In this document: positions 54,064 to 64,000 of the stretch, in pieces
Numbering within the stretch: position 1 is the stretch's first letter
Layout: each line of letters begins with the position of its first letter
Source: Paragordius varius
Lineage: Eukaryota; Animalia; Nematomorpha
Assembly (NCBI GenBank): GCA_964247055.1
Contig: OZ176053.1
Coordinates: 8,990,001 to 9,054,000, forward strand
DNA: 64,000 nt
Reading direction: 5' to 3'
Made by a program: the position numbers and the translations under genes
The notes under the pieces: generated by a model
Told to the model about the DNA's origin: nothing
Database searches by the model: none
Seen by the model: only the letters and a program-made list of their open reading frames with translations

Positions 54064-54456
54064 GATCCAAAGAGAAAAATGTGACATATGATTTTTTTCC
54101 ACATAAAATATCATATAATACAGTGTCAGAAAAAAATATATCGTGATAAAAAAATATATTTTTATAGATAAATGTCAAATTCTGGATGGCTCCCCACCTC
54201 TGATATATAAACTTCCTACCACTTTTATTGCTATTGTTCCATATCAGAAAATTGGAAAAATGACGAAAATATCGTTTACCTTTGGGTACAACACATTGAT
54301 TTCAATCCTTCGTTTTAAATTAAGGTAACTAGTAACCCCAGGCCCAAAAATATAAATATATCAATATGAAATTAATTGATATTATGGCAAAAGTTTGCAC
54401 ATTATATTACATTGATGCATAGTAATATAAAAAAATAAATTCAAAATATTTGGTAC

Positions 54457-54984
54457 CACTTCATTGCCTTTCACTTTTTTCTCCTTTGCATATTGGGGTA
54501 GTTATGTATCCCAGATAATTTTGTAAATAAAAACAGTTTTGAAAGTTATTATAATTAAAATTTAATTAACAAACTTTGTTCTCATGTTTTATATATAAAA
54601 AGCTTATAGTTTTGTGACTTCGAGAGTCTAAAATTGTGACAGCTCCAAAACACGATTTAAACTAACAGCTGATATGAATTAAATTATAATATGTTTTTGC
54701 TGATAAAATGTAGCCTAAATGTTTTTTGTAGTTAATTTTACATTTTCCCATATTATACATTTATTTTCTGTTGCATTAGCGTTTCAAAAATATGGGAAAA
54801 CAAAGGGGGTAAAAAAGTTTTAGATGGGGATATTTTTACAATTTTACATTTTTTAAAATATTTTTTGTATAATGCGCCTAAAAGGCTAAAGAAGGCATAT
54901 TTTTATATTCGGCTTAATACCTTAAAAATTTCTTTTTAATAAATTGTTCTGGGATATAAAACTACCCCAAAAGGCAATGGACTG
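54457..54984. mobile_element. TTAA-type MITE, same family as 48964-49492
   Basis: CACTTCATTGCCTTT...AAAGGCAATGGACTG|TTAA. Confidence 0.6.
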
Positions 54985-55695
54985 TTAAAGCAAAAAATAT
55001 TTTATAAAATATATAGATATACGCTCCCACAGTCTCTAAATTTTGAAGCCGTTTAAATCGGCAAGTTTTCTTTAACAAGGTGCAGGAATGAGATTGGGCG
55101 ATAAAAATTTTAAATATATGCTAAATTGTAATCTCACAAAATATTTTTGTAAACAAGGACGAAACGCGGCTCACACTATGACACGTGGTAAACACTATCC
55201 TCTTTAAATTTTCGTTTCATAAAGCCACCTATTGCTTGATAGGAAGTACTACATTCTAATTATAAAGGTAGGCTAAGAAAACAATCTCCACAACATGTTT
55301 TATTTTAAGATGGATATTTTCCCTAAAAATTGAATTTCTGGCATTGGTGAAGCGAGTTTATGGTATTTTGAATCTGAAGGAAACGGGATAAAACACTTAA
55401 AGATAATATATAAACTTTTTCTGGATTCGGTTTTAATGGATTCGTTTGCGTTCACATTTGGGTGTTTTGCAATACAAACAATTTGTTATCACAAAAAATT
55501 GGAGAATTTTTTGATCAAAATTTATGGGTGATAGAAATCTTCAGTATCATCGAAATTTTAAAATAGTAATTTTTTGTAGCCTATTGTACCGTTTAAATCA
55601 TGCCTCAAAATAGTATGATGCGCATGAAATTTTGCTAAAAAATAATTTTTCAAATTATGCTTTTTTAAAAATGTTTTTTTTGATGTTATAATCTA

Positions 55696-55738
<43 letters not shown>

Positions 55739-55884
55739 CCCCTCGGCATTCTTTATTATATTTCATGACCTTTTCACTTTTTTGTCGGCGATATAATCTT
55801 GGGTTGATTCTATATCATAGAGCTCCATATTGTAAATAAACTACTGTTTTGAAAGTTATTTAAGTTAAAATTTAATTTATCAAA

Positions 55885-56838
55885 CATTTACCTCTACACT
55901 GCGTCCAAAATGGGGGGGGGGGGGGGGGGGGGTTTCAAAAAATAAACTGATGAAATATATCCATAATCTGATAGGAAAATTTATCTTATCACGGTGCCTT
56001 TGTTTTTGGCCCTTACGAGTGACAGAAAGATAATATCATTGTAATAACTCCTCCATATCAGATGGCAATTCCGCACATTTTCTTATTTAAAATTTTTTAA
56101 AGCTAAATACTTCATTTATATATATATATATATATCTTATGCTAGACAGAGAAAAAGCAAAACAATATTTGGAAAATTTTATCTTCAGATGTAAGCTCCG
56201 AAAGTCCAAAGTTTTTTCACTCTTCTAAAATGGTCTGATTCTCTTAAAATAAATGCAAAAATGCTGCGAATTCGCAATAAAAATTTTTAGATAAGGTGAA
56301 TTGTAGTATCAACTAAATTTTTTTCATAAAGATGCATATTTAATTTTTAATAAATTTTATTGCGGTCTACTTCATACTATTTGGGTGCCCTAAACTATCA
56401 TAAAAACACTTTACTATATAATTTTATAGCGCTGAAATCTTCTATCACCCTGTCTGATAACTTATCATCTTCGTTTATACCGGTTAAACCAGTTAAAATA
56501 CCAGCTAGGTTTTAATTAAATTATTTGTATTGGTTTCAGTTCCACCTTATTCAGCTTAATGTAAAATTTTTGAAGTAAAATAAATTTTAGTGTAAATTCG
56601 ACCCCTATGAATTTAAAAAATATTAAATTTAGATTCTGGTTATGCATCATTAAACTTTATATACATATATGTACAATATTCTTTTTTCTCATCTTTCTGT
56701 ATTTTCTGCCTTTAAAAACCCGCTGAATTTATTCTTTTCAAAATATTCTTAAATCAGAATTTATGCACTTAAAGGTAATTAATCTTTTAGGAGATATCGT
56801 AAACAATATACTTATAGAGGTTAAAAAACTATCACAAT

Positions 56839-56875
<37 letters not shown>

Positions 56876-58210
56876 TCTGATAGGAAAATACATCAGGGTC
56901 ATTATGGTGCTTTTGGTTTTCACGGGTGACAAGAAAAGTTATTATCACTTTAGTAGTAACTGCTTCCTATCCAAAAATGAATTTGCGCACATTTTGTTAA
57001 ACAGAATTTTTTGGTGGAATGTACAGTCATGTATGTTTAGAATTGTCAAACATACGCTTTTAATTGATTTTACTTTGTTTTTAATTGTTTACAATAGGCT
57101 ATTATTATTTTAAGGCTTAAAAATGCGTATGTTGAAAGTTGACATATCAAACATCATGACAATTAAAAACAAAGTAAAATCAATTAAAAACATATTTTTG
57201 ACAATTCTAAACATACATGACTGTAAATGCTCTATCCCAAAAAATTCACTAAATATAGCATAAACTATAATAAAAAGTCAAACAACATTTTCATATAATT
57301 TTAATTAACAGATATGGGCTCCGAAAGTCCCAATTTTTTTTTCTCTTCTAAAATTGGCTAGCCTTTTAAAATAAACGCCAAACGGGATTGCGCGATAAAA
57401 ATATATAGTATATGCTAAACTTCATATCAACCTAAAATATTTTTTAAAAAATGCAGACTTTTTTGAGAATTTAAATTTTAGAAAAATTCTCTCGAAGTTC
57501 CTTCATATTATTTTGAGTGTGATGGAAACGGTAAATAACGCTTTAAGTTATAAAAATAACTTTTCTATACAATTCAATACTACTAAACTTTTCTATCGCT
57601 TTAGAATTTCAGTTTAAATGTTCGTATATTTGTTGATTTTAAAATATTTTATATATAGCATAAATTTAAAAAAATGAACAAATATTTTAATCAAAGTTTT
57701 GAGGTGATATATTCAAGAATTGTCGATTTATATGGAAGTGTTTTTATAATATCAGGCATTTTTATACGTTTTCCATGATTAAAATAATATGAAGTATGCT
57801 TCAACAAATTTTCCTAAAAATTATTTTTTTTGGAAAGGTATGCATTTTTTAAAAAGTATTTTTAGTGCATATAATTATTAAGTATTGTGAATATTAATCG
57901 CGCGATCTTGGGATTTTTGCGCTAAGCCCATTTCAGAGGAGCATTAAAATTTGGTACTTTCGGAGCCCATATCTAAAAATTTAAATTTTTAATGAATTAT
58001 TGTTTTCCTTTTTATATGTAGTTAATGATATATTTTAGGTATATTTTTTGAAATAAAGCTAGCTTTCACCAAAAAAATATTTGGAAATGTGCGCAAATTG
58101 CCATTCGCTATGAAGCAGTTACCACAAAAGTGTAAATAACTCTCTAATATCAGTCATAAGGGCCAAAAAGCACTTTGATAATTTTGATACATTCTTCTAT
58201 CAGATTATAT
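55885..58210. mobile_element. Further copies of the long-TIR repeat family: + ~55885-56460, + ~56870-57610, - ~57750-58210
   Basis: Motif at ~56188 and ~57311, inverted at ~57954 (ggtactttcggagcccatatc). Confidence 0.6.
57024..57223. mobile_element. 200-bp palindromic MITE sharing the CAGTCATGTAT terminus with family A
   Basis: TA|CAGTCATGTATGTTTAGAATTGTC...GACAATTCTAAACATACATGACTG|TA. Confidence 0.85.
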
Positions 58211-58874
58211 ATATTTCATCCGGATATATATTCGTGGTCACTGTTTATAGTGGTGAGTGAAGATCTAAAATTCCCAATTTCTAAATATTCATTTAGATTA
58301 TACGGTTGGAAGCTCAAGTATGCATCTTAATCAAACTTTTATGATTTTGAAACTATTACGAATTAATCTAGTATAAATTCCGCAAAAAGATATAACTAAA
58401 ATGCTAAAAGAATCTAATTATTTGTAAAGCTGGAAGCAGACGCAATTTATACCAACAAAAAAATCTAACCATTTTCAAAATATACAATGGTTTTTTATAA
58501 AAACGGCAGAAAAGGGCTGATTTTTATAAAACTAACGGCATCGATACCTTTACTTAACTAATTCGACGTATTCTTTAGAATTTTACTTAATGTTAAAAAT
58601 ATAAATTTTACGCAATACTAATTTTAAAAATGTTAATCATGCGGGCATCCCACAAATATAAATCATATCATGTAAATAATATATTAATCCATTAACCGAT
58701 AATTTTTTTATCCAGGGTGGTTTTTAACTAAAAAACGCATTCGATATGTATTATGAAGTAAATTCTGGAGAATTTTATTAATTGAAAGGTAATGTGCATA
58801 GTATATTTCTCTCAAACTTTTAAGATCACCTTACATAGACAATTAGCTTAGAAATAGCTAGGGGTGTCAGCCCT

Positions 58875-59124
58875 TAGGGGTGTCCAAAAATGGCATTGCC
58901 GGCCGCATTTTCGACTCAAAATAATCGGCAGACGAATTCAAAATTATGAGCCACCGAACATAGTAAAATATACACATTATAACAATAATTAGTTTGTTAC
59001 CAATTTTGATCTATAAAGAACATTCCTTTAAGAAATATCAACTAATTAAGATTTTTGCAAAAAATGAATTTTTAATAATTTTACGTGCTGCACATGAAGT
59101 CTTAGAGAGCCGTGGACACCCCTG
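58875..59124. mobile_element. Short hAT-like element
   Basis: TAGGGGTGTCCA...TGGACACCCCTG termini and a ggccgca subterminal motif; no TSD seen. Confidence 0.5.
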
Positions 59125-59753
59125 TTTTAAATTGCCATCTCCCATTTTTAATCTAAAAATCAGTTAACGAGCCATTGTCTTACAATGCTTTGTAATTCAA
59201 AGTTAATATACATTCAATAGAATTTATGAAAAGATCCTTAAGTCCTTAGTTAAAGAATAATTCAACCTCTTGTTACGCTTCAAGAATGTTTTTAAGCGCA
59301 CAATCACCTTTTGTTAATTTATGGTTGGCGTTTTTTTTATTTTTAACAAGTATATTGAGCCTTATTTCGTTAATATTACAGTAATTTTACCATTCAAAAA
59401 CATATAACATTCTTATCTTAAGATTTTGATCTATTAATCCCTTATTTCGCAAATAGGTGTTTTTCACACACTGTTAGAACCAAAATAAGAAAATTAAAAT
59501 TTTATTGGCATAACATAATTGTTGTTATAATTAACCTATCTGACATAGTTTATTCCCGAGAGAATCGTAATGATTTATCATATAAAATGACCATATTTTT
59601 GTGCGTAAATAATTTAATTACCATAAATCGTATATATTGAACAAATAAATATATTTTTTAACTGTATTTTAATTTATAAAATCATAAAAATTATATTATT
59701 TATATGTTAACATTTTGTAGTGATAAACCGAGTATATATTTTTATAGTTAATA

Positions 59754-60018
59754 CCATTTACAGTTCAAATTCACCCTCGAACAATTCACATTCACCCTAA
59801 AGTAAATTGTCTGTTTTTTAAGATTAAAAATTACTTTTATTTTATAATATTTTTAAAATATGAAATTCTGGTTAAAATTAATATAATTCTGAAAAAATAA
59901 TAAAATATGTCGTAAAAATATATTTTATATTAATGATGAATTATATTATCCCGAAAACACATAATTTATTTTTAGGGTGATTTTGAATTGTTCAAGGGTG
60001 AATTTGAATTGTAAATGG
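59754..60018. mobile_element. TA-flanked MITE, family B
   Basis: TA|CCATTTACAGTTCAAATTCACCC...GGGTGAATTTGAATTGTAAATGG|TA. Confidence 0.8.
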
Positions 60019-61396
60019 TATATATCATGGGTGCTACTAGTGTTAGTACTGGCATGGTTTGGGGCGATATAGCTAAATCAACTAAACTAAGCCGCGGCGT
60101 ATGATGTAAACAATCTGAATTTTTGATTAAAAACTATTTTAATATAAAATAAATTAATTCTTGAATAATAAACCGCAGCAGTATTAAAACCGATTATACC
60201 AACCAAAATATATGATGAAGATGACATTTGTAAAACATTTATATTAAATACATAAACAATGAATGATATAATCAAATGTTTTAAAACTACTTTCATATAT
60301 GGAAGTTTGTAAAAATTTTGTCATCTTCAATTAAAAAACATTTACATGTGGGTCTACTTCTAATGGCCTAGGAATGCTAAATTTTAACTCAAAATACTGA
60401 ATATTGCTAAGAAAAATAAAAAATTAATGGCCTCTATAGCATATTTTTTTTGTTTAATAATAATTAAAACTGCTTATTGCTCCAGAGGTTTATTGTTAGT
60501 AAAGTTGTAATTTTAAAAATTATTTAGAAACTTTCTACCTATCTACTGATTAATACAGTAGAGCCAATTGATGCATTATAAGCCCAGAAGCCCATGGTTA
60601 AAATATATACTGACCAAATCAAAAATAACAAATTGATTTTGGCATATATTCTATTAAATTAAAAAATTCTCAAAATTTAGACAAGTCGATTAAAACTTAT
60701 CCAATTAAGCCCTACTTCTAACCATTAAAAAACGACTTGTGATTCCAAATTATTAACAATACGTCAAAAAACATGGAATAAGCATACTATATAGAGGATA
60801 CATATTTAAAGCAATTTTTATTAATTGAAATAATTCATGGAATATATTTTTGTCAACTATTATGGGTGGGAACATTAGTTTGTTTTTAAAAGAACATTTG
60901 TTTGTCTTTGACTTACGACCCAAAAATATTGGACGAGTAAGAAATAATCTCAGGGGATGACCACTCTGGTATGACAACATTAGTTGACAGAAAACAAAAT
61001 GCACTTTGGCGTTTGGCTTCCAAATTTTCACATGAATTGTTTTATTTTCATGAGTAGAATTTTTAGGCAAACAGGAAGAAAAAATAAGTATTAGACTATA
61101 ATTTGGTGGTTGTTTATAAAAAATGTACATCAATAATGGCTATTCTCTATACTTATAGTGTCACATAGATGCTTACTGTGACAGGGAAAGAATTTAACAT
61201 TTTGAGAACGAATGAAAAGACAATAATTTATTAATTAGGTAAATCAATTTAAAAAGGTAAATTTGTATATTTTATGTTAAAAGGAAATAAGAAATGAATT
61301 ACACTAATTGCAATTTTTGCGAATTGTTTAAATTATTTTGATTATACATTCCAGCAGGAAGTGAACATTTGTTTCTGGTAACTTTTTCCAGAAAAT

Positions 61397-62323
61397 CTAA
61401 AAGCATAGTTGATTTTTTGGTCTTGGGGATGCTAGCAGGCTATTTTTTTTGATCGGAGAATCATCCGAACTAACATACTGATAACAAATTTTATTAGGGT
61501 TCCATATACTTTCACACTTATCCTCATTAACATTATAAATTAATGTTTTATTATTATGAACGGTAGAATTTTGTTGGTGATTTAATTCTTGAATCACTTT
61601 ATTAAGATTTTCTGATGCATTTTCTTGCCCTTCCAATCTTATGCCTGTTGAATCGTTTGGATGAGATTGGGATGATTGGCGTTTAAGTCCATTCTCATCT
61701 ATACTGTAGTAACAGTAATAGGCCGTAGAAGTATTTGTTAGAGACGAATCAACATTCGTTGCTGAATATTCTGTAGCGGATGAAATTGAAGTGTTTATAT
61801 ATGTATTTGGTTCGTATGGTGCTTGAAATTTAACGAAATCTGTCATGTTGTTATAGGTTAACTGTGGATTTGGATTATTTGAGATGACGGAAGAACTTTT
61901 GCCGTGGCCCAAAAAGGATAAAGGCGTTACCCTAGAATTAAGGAAAGGATTAAATGGATAATAAGACGCTATATCATTTTGTGTTGTACTGTTTTGTGGG
62001 ATAGATTCGCGTCTAGTATCGTTTAACTGCCCACAATCTCTGTTGATGTCATTTTCAACATTTAGATCGTAAGCGCTATTAACATTTCGTTCATTTTCAC
62101 CATCGTTAACGGGCACATTATCTTTCATCATATCGTCCAGAGGTAACGTGTCTGAATTCTGATTATACAAATTAGTAAAAGGATCCTCCAATTCATCGGC
62201 CGAAGAAACTGTGGAAAAATAATTATTGCCTTCCTGGAAAGTGATATCTTTTGACATAACACCTGAAGTTTTGCGATTTCGTGTTTGTATCCCATCCTTT
62301 TTCATAGTTAATGGGCGATTTAT
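61397..62323 (-). CDS. GATA: Last coding exon of a GATA1/2/3-class transcription factor; the zinc-finger exons lie upstream, apparently beyond the window
   Basis: Acceptor ctttag| followed by INRPLTMKKDGIQTRNRK, the basic tail after the C-terminal finger. QTRNRK is the GATA1/2/3 signature, versus QTRKRK in GATA4/5/6. Confidence 0.85.
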   Translation of the reverse strand: MNRPLTMKKDGIQTRNRKTSGVMSKDITFQEGNNYFSTVSSADELEDPFTNLYNQNSDTLPLDDMMKDNVPVNDGENERNVNSAYDLNVENDINRDCGQLNDTRRESIPQNSTTQNDIASYYPFNPFLNSRVTPLSFLGHGKSSSVISNNPNPQLTYNNMTDFVKFQAPYEPNTYINTSISSATEYSATNVDSSLTNTSTAYYCYYSIDENGLKRQSSQSHPNDSTGIRLEGQENASENLNKVIQELNHQQNSTVHNNKTLIYNVNEDKCESIWNPNKICYQYVSSDDSPIKKNSLLASPRPKNQLCF

Positions 62324-64000
62324 CTAAAGTGACAGAAAAGAATATAATAAAGCACAAAGCGTAAACGTAATATTTATTATTTTTTTGTGATTTTTCTTAA
62401 CCTTACTACTCGTCATTTAATAAATAAATTTTCTTTTAATCCACTAACCCTATTTAAACCCTAAATTCGTATTTTGTATACCTGTGATTTTATTATTTTT
62501 CTTAAGTCCCTCACATTTCTGTTTTGGGAATGTTAAGAAAAAATTATTTGCAAATAGATAAGGTAACATCCTCAAAAATTCAGATTATGCTAACTAAACA
62601 TTAATTTTCTTTGTCAAAAATATTAGAATTTAAAAAGGAGTCTATATTTTCCGTGCTTTCTTCGAGAATGATTTTCACAATATGTATATTCGTATTAATA
62701 TTGTAAAATTTACTGATATAGGAATAGGGCGCGCCTTTTTGATTACTAAATAGTTTTAGTATAATTCTTTAAAATTATTTTTATAATATAAATATACCAT
62801 TATATAAATAGCTGTTTTTCTTAAATAAATAGCGCCTAAATTAATGTATCTTTCACCTTTGTAAAACAGTAATCTATATATATCATTTCTGCAAGAAATT
62901 TATAAGATCTTCTTTTATTAATTACTAGATTCCTTCGTGTTCAACAATTATTACCTATCTATTGTTTTATTTTCCGTGTATTTCTCATTAAATATTTGTT
63001 AATAAAACGGTTAAAAATGATATATATTATGTATATATATATATATATATTCATTATATAATCTTAGAAAATATTTATGTTAAAATAAATAAATCAGAAA
63101 TAAATCACGCATTTACACTGAGAAAATTTACTAATTTTGACAATCATATTGTAGAAAACCATGTTTTTAACCGTTAAATCAACACATAATCTTAATTTTA
63201 AGGTGTAACATATATTTTTGAGTGTTCCAAATCAACGGCACACATCTTCAAATACTTAAAATTGGTTTGATATGATGAGTCTTTTAATTTGCTAAAATTT
63301 TCAAATTAATTTGTGTGTTCACTGAGTATCTTTATGTCTGTTAAGCGTATTGTATAATGCGACAAATCACATACGAATCTGTCTCGTAAATGCTTATACA
63401 CATCTCCTATCCTATATATGATAGAATAAAATGTAGATCTGTTAGATTTTTAAAGTTGATAAAGCAACATAACAGAACAGAACAGAGATCCTTTTGGAGA
63501 GATAACAAACAAAAAATTATCATTTATTTCTAACAGTTATCCCTTGCCACAGAAAAAAGTTTGAATGTTCTAATTTAACACATCTTACACAACAGAAATA
63601 ATATCACACACACACACAATGTTTATATGTATTTTGACTAAATCTTTACATGTATAAAACAAAAATGTATCCAAAAAACCTCATCAATCGTAAAAAGATC
63701 ATTATCAGTTTTGTCGATAAAAATGGTTTTTAATTGTTATAGTAATGACATTCTTTTAATATACTTAAAATATACAAATTTATTCAAATTTTAATTAAAA
63801 ATAATGTATTTAATCAGATATTAATTAATTTTTTTGGTAAATTTGAAAGATATTTTGACAATCTTTAAAATCTTTTTGAAAACAAAATAAACGATAACAA
63901 AAGCAAGCTTGCTAAATTATTGATACATTGGTGTAAATATACTTATAAATCAAAAAAAACTTATTTCCAAGTGCCTTCCATAGTTTGTGTTCGTTATCAA

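Noticed and set aside
60753-61133. 126-aa minus-strand ORF downstream of GATA
   Set aside because: No motif recognised; most likely GATA 3' UTR or intergenic sequence.
1-64000. tRNA, rRNA, snRNA, CRISPR arrays or a non-standard genetic code
   Set aside because: No diagnostic motifs were seen by eye, and all nine genes translate with the standard code. An Infernal or tRNAscan run would be needed to exclude diverged ncRNAs.

Overview
AT-rich (roughly three-quarters A+T by eye) eukaryotic, almost certainly metazoan, genomic DNA with spliced genes separated by DNA-transposon debris. Manual splice reconstruction gives nine conserved genes: DHX34 (+, 5' end outside window), SIRT6 (-), TBCK (+), ARPC3 (-, absent from the ORF track), TPPP (+), glycogenin (-), FAM210A (+), a mitochondrial malonyl-CoA:ACP transacylase (MCAT/FabD) homologue (-), and the last exon of a GATA1/2/3-class factor (-). 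There is also one orphan ~300-aa ORF. Main highlights: (1) the MCAT homologue has an intact reading frame but has lost both catalytic residues (GxSxG Ser->Asn; His->Asn), so it is a candidate pseudoenzyme; (2) 9 of the 40 reconstructed introns are only 22-26 nt, none is 27-61 nt, and the rest are 62-2700 nt; (3) DHX34, SIRT6 and TBCK are packed with 60-bp and 53-bp spacers; (4) glycogenin has an 891-nt symmetric internal exon. Mobile DNA includes two long defective hAT elements with perfect 8-bp TSDs, a non-autonomous Helitron family, and several TA- and TTAA-flanked MITE/foldback families, some nested. No rRNA, tRNA or CRISPR was recognised. Gene names come from remembered family motifs, not from database searches.
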